From positions 1 through 40,040 of the forward strand of contig NW_025214499.1 of assembly GCF_004010195.1 (NCBI RefSeq): a stretch of 40,040 nucleotides of DNA, written 5' to 3'. The DNA is from Chiloscyllium plagiosum (taxonomy: Eukaryota). Below the pieces are notes generated by a model. The model had not been told where the DNA came from. It ran no database searches and saw nothing but the letters and a program-made list of their open reading frames with translations. The position numbers and the translations under genes are program-made. Shown here piece after piece: positions 1 to 10,878 of the stretch (position 1 is its first letter; the number at the start of each line of letters is the position of its first letter).

Positions 1-420
1 CTAGGTTGGTTCATGAGGCGGGTTCCAGATATGAAAGGGTTGAGTTATTGAGAACCTCTATAATGGTGAGGTGATAATTCATTGGGGTTTAAATGAATGA
101 AGAGTGATACTGCTGAAATATACAAGATACAGAGCGGGCTTGAGAAGGTAGATGTTGAGAAGTTGTTTTCATTCCTGGGCAGAGTGTCGAACTCGAGGAC
201 ATAGATAGCGAATAAGAAGCATCGATTTCAATCTGAGGTGCAAACTGATGTCTTCTCTCAGAAGATAGTGCATGTCTGGAATTCTCTAACCCAGAGAGGT
301 GTGGAGGGATGCAGGACTCGGCAAGAAAGTGGAGTTGAGCCCTGGAATAGATCAGCCATGTTCTTATTAAATGACAGGGCTAACTTGAGGGGCAGAATGG
401 CCTACTCCTGTTCCTATTTA
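1..420 (+). mobile_element. CR1-type LINE, 3' end of ORF2 and 3' UTR (degenerate)
   Basis: ORF 238-468 contains FSQKIVHVWNSL (CR1 C-terminal FSxRVVxxWNxLP motif). It is followed by the typical tail 'gatcagccatg...ttgaggggcagaatggcctactcctgttcct'. Confidence 0.85.
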
Positions 421-1182
421 ATAATTTCGAATGTTATGGTTTTGGAAATTAACTGGTTATTTTCCTAGAAGTCGTGTTGCAAAATGTTGCTTTCAGGGAG
501 AGCAGAGGATTTGTTTGGGTCAACCCTGGGTGGCGTATGGGGGCTGTATTCCCCATACTGGGTCTGTAAAATCACCCACATCTGGAGCAGAGGTTACAGA
601 GAGGGAAGCCTGGAAAGAGGAATTGGGGGTCAGGGTCGGTTCCTGACCCAGCCTGGATTCTCCAAGTACACTTCTGAAACTACACCTGTCTTAGTGTCCT
701 CGATCTGCCCCTGTGTAGTGGGTCCGAAGGGCTGAATGCAACATCAGAACACAGGGCTGAGGGACCTTTGACACTACTCCACCAGTAAGTAAAGTCGTGG
801 TTCTTCTCATTGTGGTCCCAGCTGCACTTTGCTCTCCATGCACCATTATTCCTGATTCACCTGACGATGGAAATTCAGATGAAGCCAGCCTCGATATAAT
901 ATAAAGATTCAGCCCTTCCAAACGTCTGGGAAAGAGAATTCCCACTGGAATGAATTCCCACTTGGTGAATTTCTCCTAATTCCTGCTCTGACTGTGGTTG
1001 GAGGGTGTCACTGTTTCCTTTTCTAGACGCACTCCTCCACTGCTCCCAACAAATTTTAAATGTAACCAGGTTGGTGATATGGCCGACCATAAAGGTCTCA
1101 GACTGTGTCAGGTTCAGTGACAGGAACAAGTCAGCCAGATTTCTTTAATCAGCCACAAGTAACTAATAGACCTAACGGATGT

Positions 1183-1465
1183 GCAGGGTGGATCTGTACC
1201 TCACTGCTACCTAACATCACCAAGGAGCTGGGTTCAATTCCAACCTTGGGCGACGCTCTGCGTGGCGTTTGAGTATTCTCTATGCAGGTATTTGTGTGAG
1301 TTTCCTCACAATGCTCGATTTTTTTCCCACAGTCCAAAGATACGCATCTTAGAGTGGATTGGCCATGCTAAAATGCTCATTGTACCCAGGCATGTGTTGG
1401 TTAGGCAGGTTAGTCATGGGAAATGCAGGGTTACATGGATGGGGGGGGGGGGGTAGGGGCAGATC
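1183..1465 (+). mobile_element. tRNA-derived SINE, HE1/V-SINE-like
   Basis: tRNA-like head with B-box 'gggttcaattcc' (~1230) and core 'tcccacagtccaaaga...ggattggccatgctaaa'. Homologous to three other copies in the window. Confidence 0.8.
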
Positions 1466-1477
1466 TTGAGTTTTATT

Positions 1478-1625
1478 TTTGTTTTCTCAGTGTTGTGGGT
1501 CTTTGGAACTCTCTTCCCCACAGAGCATTGGAGAGAGAGATATTGAATATTTTTGAGGCACAGACAGAAGGTTCATAACTAACAACAGAGTCAAGGATTA
1601 TAGGGGATTGGCAGAAATGTGCAGT
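1478..1625 (+). mobile_element. CR1 3' fragment
   Basis: 'ttttctcagtgttgtgggtctttggaactctcttccccacagagca' reads FSQ..VGLWNSLP, followed by an 'LNIFEA' remnant. Confidence 0.7.
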
Positions 1626-1886
1626 GTTGGGGAAAATGTCGACAGTGGTACCAAATGACACGGCTCCAGAACATCCAGGAATATTATTCAAAACGAAATG
1701 GTAATATTGATAAAATGTTAAGGGGCAATCCAAGATAGCGGCAACCCAGAAGGTCAGCTTTGCTGGGCTCTGCATCTCGGCACGGGCAAAGTCGTTCTCT
1801 AACCCACCCCATCCCACACATTTACTTAAAATTCAACACTAAATAGAGCGATAGATGCTTTACTAATCCCGTTTTGTCAAGTGGAA

Positions 1887-2754
1887 ATGACAAAACACGG
1901 GAAAGGATCGAGTAAGTCCCAACACACGGTGCACCCGTCAGAAGCATCGAGCATACCTGAGGCTGTAGCTGTAAGCCACTCTGCTCGTTCCATGGACCAA
2001 GTTACTCAACAGGCCTTGGTCACTGAGTCCAGCAAGTTACGTGAAATGACTGAAAGTATGATTGAAGAGGGGTTCAGCAGTGGCTAGAGCTGCTCTCAGC
2101 CGTGCTCCAAAAACATGAGCAGCAACTTGACAGCCTTGAAAACAGAACAGAAAATGTCAAGCGCCAAACTGCAGTGACAGAGACCGGGATCGATTCTTCT
2201 TGGAAGAGGAGCCTCGCCCTTGAAATACAGGTCCGTACCTTAACTGAACAAGATGATCACCTCGAGAACAGGGGCAGGACGAAGAATGTTCACATCGTCA
2301 GTCTGCTGGACCAGACGGCACGTGGTCTGCCAGTGAGTTTTTTCAAGATCTGGCTGCTGTGATTCCTTCACTTCGAAGCTGAAGAGGGATGGGTGAAGAC
2401 TAAGACAGTTCAGCGGGTTACGGCGCGGAGGTTAGACTCAGACTAACGCCTTCGCACTTTCCTTGTGCAGTTACATGGTTATAGGTTTAAACAAAAACTG
2501 ATGGAAGCTCAGTGTGGTTTCCGATGGCTTGAATTCACGAGAGCTCCAGGATCATGTTATTTCAGGACTTTTCAGCAGCGGTGACTCAGGAAAGAAAATA
2601 TTCTGATTATATCAAGAGAAGAGTAAGGGAACTCGGGATTCAGTATTCCTTACTGTTCCCAGCCGTGCTCCGTATTGCTTTGAATGGATCAATGACTCTC
2701 CAGAGGAAGCGCAAACTTTGTGGATGTTTTAAAGTAAGCTGGATATTTAGATAA
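1887..2754 (+). pseudogene. L1 ORF1p remnant (coiled coil, RRM, CTD)
   Basis: Frameshifted pieces: 'DHLENRGRTKNVHIVSL' (DLENRxRRxNxRIxGL motif) and 'LFQDFSAAV...YSLLFPAVLRI'. Confidence 0.85.
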
Positions 2755-2858
2755 TCATGTTTCTCCCTTAAATAAATTTTGTTGGATTTTTCTGCTGTTA
2801 ACCAGTGTTAAATTATAGTCGGGGATGGGTAGAGGGCACACTTTTAACTTCTTCATTA

Positions 2859-3040
2859 CTGGAACAGCACAGCAGGTCAGGCAGCATCCAGGGAACAGGA
2901 GATTCGACACAGGCCCTTCCTCGGCCTGTGCCCGAAACGTCGAATCTCCTGTTCCCTGGATGCTGCCTGACCTGCTGTGCTGTTCCAGCAATAAAGTTTC
3001 AACTTTGATCTCCAGCATCTGCAGTCCTCACTTTCTCCCC
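2859..3040 (+). mobile_element. Palindromic Penelope-type (pLTR-derived) mini-element with 14-bp TSD
   Basis: Perfect 50-bp inverted arms (2859-2908 / 2939-2988), inner 8-bp inverted repeat and a 3' tail. Flanked by the direct repeat taacttcttcatta (2845-2858, 3041-3054). The PLE origin is inferred from the 'gcccgaaacgtc' hammerhead half-core. Confidence 0.75.
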
Positions 3041-3471
3041 TAACTTCTTCATTAGCATTACTACTTTCTTTGCTTGTGTCTGAGGTGTGGCTCAAGCTGG
3101 AGGGAGTTACAGAGGTAGTTGTGATGACTAAGTGCCGACATAAGGGCAGTTGAAGCCCGACTTTTGTTATTAATTGCCCTGAATGCCATATCGGTAGCGG
3201 GCAGAAGATAAAGTTTTGGGATATGTAAGCGTCCCCACAGGGCGGAGGATGGGGTAAATTCCCCTATAAAGGGTCATTGGGACTTTGGATTTTGTTTCGT
3301 TCTTTGTTTTTTATGTGTTTAGCTTTGGAAAGTTTTAAGAGTTTGTTAGTTGCAGTAGTTTTAGTTTGTATCGTTTTTAGGGTCGCTGAGCCTTTTGTCA
3401 TTAATGCTCAGCGATGTGTAATTCGATGTGAAACTCTCTCGAGTTCAAATGTTGCTGTGTTATGGATAATT

Positions 3472-6277
3472 ATGTGCTTAAATGGTGTACCTGAAACATT
3501 AAGGGGAGCCATCTGCCAGTCAAGAGGAAAAATATAATTTCTCATCTAAAAAAAAAGAGGGTGGATAATACTCTATTGCAGGAGATGCACCGTGATGACA
3601 AGGAACATTTGGAGTGACAGCAGGGCGGTTTTGATCGGGTTTATTTCTCGTCTTTTAATACTAGGAGTAGGAGAAAAGTAATAATGGATAGTAAGAATCT
3701 TCCATTTAAATTACTAGATTGTATTAAATACTCATGGAAGGATCATAATCCTCAAAGTCTTGAACGATGGGAATTAATACAGTATTTTGAATGTTTATGG
3801 CCATCTGGTGCACACTCTTAAAATCCTGGTAGATGCATTTCCCAAATTGAGTTATCTTGCATTGTTGCACATTATTGTAGAAGGAGATTTCAACTGTCGT
3901 ATGGCCCCACGTTGGGCAGAATATCCAAAGGTCCCACAATACCCACAGTTAGTGGATTTGTGTGCAGAACTAGAGCTAGTGGATGTCTGGAGGCAGATAC
4001 ACATCACAAGTAGGGATTTTATTTTCTTCTTTAACCCACAGAAATGGCACAGGAGGGTTGATCTCTTCACCAACGCCGCAACAATCTTATATTCGGTGGC
4101 ATCCTGCACAATTGGGAATATTACCCCAACATATCTGCCCGAGAAGTGGGATAGAAGTCACATATGATTACGTTGTTTGCAGATGAAGGTCTAATATTTT
4201 CGTCAAATCCCGCAATTTCGGTTGCTCACGTGATGCAATGCATTAATTCGCTTGTTACCTTTCTGGGTGATAAGATTAATTTTACAAAGTTGATGGCCAT
4301 GATGTCGAGGAAATACCTGATGTCGAGGGCAAATCCTGTTTTCCTTTTAAATGGCCTGGTGGGGAGTGGGGGTGGGGGTGTTCTCTATTTCAGTATATTC
4401 ATTAGATCTGTTTTTGATCATTTATTTAACGTGAGCTATGTCCATTTATTTGACAAATTTAAACAAGACATTCAAAGATGTGAGGCACCTCCAACATCCT
4501 GGCTGGGTCTTATAGCTGTTATTAAAATGAATGTCCTTCCCCATTTTCTATATGCCATGTGAATGCTTCCTTTGATGTTTCCCAGACAAACATTTAGGAG
4601 ACTTTATGGCTGGTTTCGCTCTTTTATTTGGCATCATAAGCGACTCTCTATCAAGCTAACCAAAATTTATCTACCCCACAGATTGTGAGGAGTAGTTCTC
4701 CCAGATTGAAAGCTATGAATTCAGGTCTTTTTTTTATCCTATGTTAGTGCCTGGGCCGCTGAGGACTCGGCTCCAATAGGATTAGATATTGAACCCTTTC
4801 AGACAAAGTGAACCCTTCTTAGTCTGCTGGTCTTAGACAAAATGACAACATTTATGGAGTATTGTCATAACCCAATAATTATCAATACTGTTAAAGCATG
4901 AATGACAATGCATCAGATCGAGGACAATACAGCCAGAACTATGTTTCTTACCCCTATAATTCGTTTTCTGGATTGTGAACCGGGGTTAGTGGATTCCAAT
5001 TTAAACTGTGGGCAGCCAGGGGTGTACCTTGCTTGAGTGATTTAGATTTAGTAGAATCCCTACAGTGTGGATATAAGCCTTTGAGCCCAGCACGTCCACT
5101 TCGACCCTCTGAAGAGTAGCCCACCCAGACTCATTCACCTACCATCCTATATTTACCCTGACTAATGACCCAACCTATACATCCCTGAACACTATGGGTG
5201 ATATATCAATGGCCAATGCATCTAATCTGCACTTCTTTGGACTGCTGGGAGTAAACCCACACAGACACGGCGAGAATATGTTCACTCCACACAGCCAGTC
5301 GCCCAAGGCCGGAACTGAAGCCGGGATCCTGGTGCTGTGAGGCAGCAATGCTCACCACTGAACCACCACGTGCTGTTTGAGGGAGAAACAATGATGTCAT
5401 TTGATCAAATAACTCGTACGTATGGATTAGTTAGTAGAGATCTCTTCTGTTTCTTTTCCAAATCAGAGATTTGATTTTTTAAAAGAGCACTCTTTTAACA
5501 GACTCTTACAGATCTGATAGATCGAAGACGGTGCTTATTGCATAGAATACACTCTCTGTCAGTACCCTTTATCATTAGTTGGAGAGTGTCCCCTCAGACG
5601 AGACTGTGCAGCTTTATAATGTGTGCGAGATGTAATGCAGCTTTATAATGTTGGGGGTTCAGAACACTTCGGAGACATGGAATGATATTTGTGAAAATGT
5701 TCGAAAGATTTCATCTGTAATAGGACCCATTCCACGCAGTGAAAACTCTTCATAGGGTCTATCTGACACCAGATTATCTCTCAATATTCAAAGTGGGATT
5801 ATCTTCAGCATGTCCGAAATGCAGAATGACTACAGGCACTCTTACTCATTGCTTGTGGTCCTGTTGCAGGCTTCATATATTTTGGAGCTCTGTGTCAGGT
5901 GTGATAGAGTGGGTCGAGGGGACTGAATTGGAGATGGACCTGGTTTCTCTTTTCCTGGGCGTGCCCAGGGTTCTTTGCACAGATGCACATGTGAAAAAAT
6001 ATCCTTACTTTCTGTGTTCGGAAAAGCATTCTGTTGTGTTGGATGTCTGAAACTACTCCCCGCACCCCCCAACTCTCCACCCCGCCGGCGCACCCCGGGT
6101 CTGTTGGGTCGTCGTCAGCACCTCATGGACAATATCCCTTTAGACTTTCTCACTAGCATGATGCACCAAAAAACAGAAATTTATATAAGACATGACAGAC
6201 CTTTTTGGATTACCGTGATACAGGCTTATCTGCCGCTCTCAGAAAGGCTTTTATACAGCCCTGACGATATTATCTAA
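3472..6277 (+). pseudogene. L1 ORF2p remnant (APE endonuclease, partial RT, CCHC)
   Basis: 'T*NIKG..PVKRK...LLQEMH', 'NVYG', 'GDFN', 'LVDVWR', 'RVDLF', 'ITLFADE', 'IAVIKMNVLPHFLY' and 'CPKC...GTLTHCLWSC', with many stops and frameshifts. Confidence 0.85.
5043..5372 (-). mobile_element. HE1/V-SINE-like SINE inserted in L1 ORF2
   Basis: Reverse complement begins 'gcacgtggtggttcagtggtgagcattgctgcctcacagcaccaggatcccgg' (tRNA-like head). L1 sequence resumes on both sides. Confidence 0.85.
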
Positions 6278-6599
6278 TGAATCTTATATCCAAAGAGGAA
6301 GAATAATATATATAAAAATGGATATCAGTTAATTCTCTTGAAGAACGAGAGCTATCATTTTGTTACTCTGAGCTGCATTATTTATTCATTATTTATTGTT
6401 TACTTTTGTTTTTTTTCTGTCTGTTTAGTATTTTTAACTTGTTTTGTACGTACATGCACATAGGTGTAATTTTGATCAGTTATTTGAGTTGTGTTGTTAT
6501 TAGCTTATTATAATATTAAGAAACTCTTTTTAAATAAAGATATTGTTAAAAAGATTAGAATACTAACATTCATAGAATACAGTCCCAAAGAACTCTCAT

Positions 6600-6765
6600 C
6601 AGAGAGACCACTCACGGTGGTTTATCCTGAGGATCACCACACCTCGGGTGATGGGGTGAGGGTGAGAGAGCGTCTCCTTCATGGTAATCTCTGTCAGTGT
6701 GAGGAACTGAACCTGCGTTGTTGGCCTCCCTCTACATCACAAACCTACATCATCAGCCAACTGAG
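6600..6765 (-). mobile_element. Second tRNA-derived SINE family (degenerate)
   Basis: Reverse complement starts 'ctcagttggctg' (A-box-like) and has 'caggttcagttcc' (B-box-like), followed by a distinct body 'ttaccatgaagga...ctcagg..aaaccacc'. Confidence 0.55.
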
Positions 6766-7585
6766 TGGGAGACTGCGTAACTGTTACACACAGAAACAGC
6801 CACAAAGGGCAAGAGAATCATTTATAACAAGGAAAGTGGTACAATTCAGGTAACGGTCAAGATAACGGCTGAGAGTAAAAACGTTCTCTACTCGAAATTG
6901 TATTTTATAACAAGACGTGTTTAGAAGTTGTTTTTGGTTTATTATCATTAAGGTGAGTCAAGTGAAATAACCAGAATTACTAAGTCTGATTGGATATCTA
7001 TAATCATAAAATATGCGTAGGTTTTTGTTTGGTCTGTGTAAACCATCCTGAACGGTGCATGAAAGTGTATAGTTGATGGGATATACTGTTAGGAGAGTGT
7101 GTTCCATGGGAAATGCCCTAAAACAGGCGCTTGATGAAAACTGGGATAAAAGTGCCTGAGTGCCGTCTGGACAGTGACAGGAACCCAGAGGGTTGAATGA
7201 CTGAAAGCTCCTGTAACATGAGGCTGAGAAAAGCATCAGATCACAGAGAAAACCATCAAATCAGCACGTTTGAAGGGCTGAATGGCCTCAACATGGTTTG
7301 GAATGTGTGTGATTTGGAAAACGTTCTCTCTACTCCTTCCTCTTATGTGTTACACACTGGGGCACTGCCTTTTTCCTGAAACTTGGCATTATTTGGAACA
7401 CTATCTGGAACATTCCATAATTGGTATTCTCCGGAATATTCTCTAACTGTGTGGGGGAGAGAAGAGAGAGAGAGAGAGCGAAGCTGCTGCATGTGGCAGT
7501 GAGAGTGGTGGAGCATGAGCCCTGTTCGTGCGATAACAGATATACAGTGAGTGTGAGGGAGCAGAGAGAATATGGTGACTCTTAC

Positions 7586-7808
7586 CCTGACAGGGCGGGA
7601 AAGGTTATTGTTGCTTGTCCTGTATTGATGGACATTTCTTCAGGCCGCAGATACTGTACTGAGCTGGGTGGTGAGCACAGACTATGCTCAGTGGGTCTGG
7701 TGGTATGGCCTTGTCTGGGAAGGGAATGGTCCCCTCTGTACTAGCCCATCCACTATGCACACCATGCAGCATCAACAAACTGTGGTATAATTGGCCCTTA
7801 TCTGCCAT
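7586..7808 (-). pseudogene. Harbinger/PIF Myb/SANT-like accessory gene, exon 1 remnant
   Basis: Minus strand reads MADKGQL..PQFVD..VDGLVQR and RPYHQTH*A*SVLTTQLSTVSAA*RNVHQYRTSNNNLSRPVR, then a GTAAG donor (7581-7585). This resembles the trihelix pattern W..VA..VS...R...QC..K.NDL. Confidence 0.5.
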
Positions 7809-8362
7809 GCGCGGGGTAAACTGTGCAGGGCAGCTCCAAACTGAGAAAGCTCAGCCGTGTGCCCCTTGGCCTTTTAAAGATGGCACCAGTGCCAGGGAAC
7901 AGGAATATCTAGGGACATCCGGGTGACTGTGAGTACCTCTAATCATGATGGGTGGGAGAATCGGGCTGGCATTCAATGAGAGATGGTTGGGGTGGGTGAT
8001 ATTTAATGAGGTGAGTTCGATAAGAAACTAGCTCAGCTTCGTACAGACAATCTCTCTGTCACACTCAATGAAAATGACACTGAGACAAATTACTGTTTTA
8101 AACAGTTCAATGAGCCGAAGACTCTGCTGTTCTCACTCCCAGTTACAAAGCTGCAGAACAAATGTTTATTCAAAACTCTCCATCGCCTGAACTCACAGCA
8201 ATATTCCATTCGCCTATAATTCTTCATAATACTGATCCTTGTTGCATGATACTATCGAAATGTCTTCATTTCAGCATTCTGAAACCTGTGAACATATCAT
8301 TCCATGACATTTTTTCTCAGTCTGTCCCTCTCTGTCTCTATCCTGAAACAAACGTATTTACG

Positions 8363-9565
8363 GTCATACGTTTCTACTGCATGGAAATAGGCCCTTCGGC
8401 CCAGCTCGTCCATGCTGACCAAAATGTACATTCACAATCACCCCATTTCCCTGCCCTTGCTACTTTCCTATCGATGTGTTTATCCAAATACCTTTTCAAT
8501 GTTGTTATTGTACCCACCTCAACCACTTCCACTGGCAGCTCAGTCCATATGCAAAATACACTCTGTGAAAAAAAGTTGACCCTCAGGTTCCTTTTTGTTT
8601 TTGTCCCCTCCAAACATTAACAGATGTCCTCTAGTCCTTGGTTCCCCAACCTTGCAAAAAAGTTTGAAATATTTACCCCTATGCATGGCTATCATGATTT
8701 GGTAAGAGCTACACTTCTATATAAACCCCCTCAGTTTTCTATTCTGTAAAGAAATATGTTCTAACCTGTCCAACTTCTCCATATAACGCAAACCCTTTAG
8801 CCCAGGAAACATCTTTGTAAATTTATTCTACATTCTTTCTAGTTAAATACTATCCTTTCTAGGGCAAGGTGACCAAAACTGAACACAATACTGCAGCCTT
8901 ACCAACATCCTGTACATTTACAACATAATGTCCCAACTTCTATACTCAATGCCCTGATGTAGGCCAGTGCGCCAACAGCCTTCTTCACTGTCCTGTGTAT
9001 CTGCGACTCAAATTCAGACAACCGTGCAACTGATTTCCAACATCCTTTTATTCCACTACACTCCTTAAGGCCCTCTAATTCATGATTAAACTCTCACCTG
9101 AATTTCACTTTCCAAAATGCAAGACGTCACACCTATCTATATTAAACTCCATTTGCTATTTCTCCGCTCACTTCCCCAGCTGATCAAGTTACTGCTGCAA
9201 TTTTTGATGATGTTCCTCACTGTAAACGATGCCTCCTATTTTATTGTCATCTGCAAACTTATTAACCTTGCGTTGTGCATCCTCGTCCAGATCATTGATA
9301 TAGATAACAAACCGCAATGGGGACAGTACCGACCCCTGAGGCACTCCACTAGTCACAGGCCTCCAGTCCGACAAGCATACCTCCACCATAGCCATTTGCT
9401 TCACAATGTCAGACCAATTGTGTCGCGAAATTGCCAGTTTACCATGGAGTCTATGCGATCTAACCTTCTAGAGCGGCCTTCCATGTGGAATATTACCAAA
9501 GGCCTTATTGAAATCCATATAGATTATGTCCACCGCCCTGCCCTTGTCAAAGTTCCTGGTCACTT
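8363..9565 (-). mobile_element. CR1 LINE 3' portion (RT to tail), cut by gap
   Basis: Minus-strand ORFs 'VTSGVPQGSVLSP..FVIYINDLD..KFADD', 'YMDFNKAF' and 'NFFSQSV..IWTELPVEVVEVGTITTLKRYLD'. Confidence 0.9.
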
Positions 9566-10405
9566 NNNNNNNNNNNNNNNNNNNNNNNNNNNNNNNNNNN
9601 NNNNNNNNNNNNNNNNNNNNNNNNNNNNNNNNNNNNNNNNNNNNNNNNNNNNNNNNNNNNNNNNNNNNNNNNNNNNNNNNNNNNNNNNNNNNNNNNNNNN
9701 NNNNNNNNNNNNNNNNNNNNNNNNNNNNNNNNNNNNNNNNNNNNNNNNNNNNNNNNNNNNNNNNNNNNNNNNNNNNNNNNNNNNNNNNNNNNNNNNNNNN
9801 NNNNNNNNNNNNNNNNNNNNNNNNNNNNNNNNNNNNNNNNNNNNNNNNNNNNNNNNNNNNNNNNNNNNNNNNNNNNNNNNNNNNNNNNNNNNNNNNNNNN
9901 NNNNNNNNNNNNNNNNNNNNNNNNNNNNNNNNNNNNNNNNNNNNNNNNNNNNNNNNNNNNNNNNNNNNNNNNNNNNNNNNNNNNNNNNNNNNNNNNNNNN
10001 NNNNNNNNNNNNNNNNNNNNNNNNNNNNNNNNNNNNNNNNNNNNNNNNNNNNNNNNNNNNNNNNNNNNNNNNNNNNNNNNNNNNNNNNNNNNNNNNNNNN
10101 NNNNNNNNNNNNNNNNNNNNNNNNNNNNNNNNNNNNNNNNNNNNNNNNNNNNNNNNNNNNNNNNNNNNNNNNNNNNNNNNNNNNNNNNNNNNNNNNNNNN
10201 NNNNNNNNNNNNNNNNNNNNNNNNNNNNNNNNNNNNNNNNNNNNNNNNNNNNNNNNNNNNNNNNNNNNNNNNNNNNNNNNNNNNNNNNNNNNNNNNNNNN
10301 NNNNNNNNNNNNNNNNNNNNNNNNNNNNNNNNNNNNNNNNNNNNNNNNNNNNNNNNNNNNNNNNNNNNNNNNNNNNNNNNNNNNNNNNNNNNNNNNNNNN
10401 NNNNN
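9566..10405. other. Assembly gap (N run)
   Basis: Run of N. Confidence 1.
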
Positions 10406-10878
10406 CCCCTTGGACTTTTAAAGATGGCACCAGTGCCAGGGAACAGAAATATCTCGGGACATCCGGGTGACTGTGAGTACCTGTAATCATGATGGGTGGG
10501 AGAATCGGGCTGGCATTCAATGAGAGGTGGTTGGGGTGGGTGATATTTAATGAGGTGAGTTCGATAAGAAACTAGCTCAGCATCGTACAGACAATCTCTC
10601 TGTCACACTCAATGAAAATGACACTGAGACTAATTACTGTTTTAAACAGTTCAATGAGCCAAAGACTCTGCTGTCCTCACTCTCAGTTACAAAGCTGCAG
10701 AACAAATGTTTATTCAAAACTCTCCATCGCCTGTAATTCTTCATAATACTGATCCTTGTTGCATGACACTATCGAAATGTCTTCATTTCAGCAATCTGAA
10801 ACCTGTGAACATATCCTTCCATGACATTTTTTCTCAGTCTGTCCCTCTCTGTCTCTATCCTGAAACACATGTATTTAC

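Larger units (their letters stand above)
1722..6552 (+). mobile_element. L1-clade LINE, near full span, decayed, with large ORF2 deletion and two nested insertions
   Basis: G-rich 5' end with 'caagatagcg' (YY1-like caagatggcg), ORF1 and ORF2 remnants, T-rich 3' UTR, AATAAA at 6533-6538 and an A-rich end. Confidence 0.85.

Noticed and set aside
431..1140. Short ORFs on both strands
   Set aside because: No recognisable domain or consistent splice signals; partly resembles decayed LINE sequence.
9117..10520. Long ORFs of 314-434 aa (also 15802-16807)
   Set aside because: Their length comes from N runs, and the real residues are CR1 sense or antisense.
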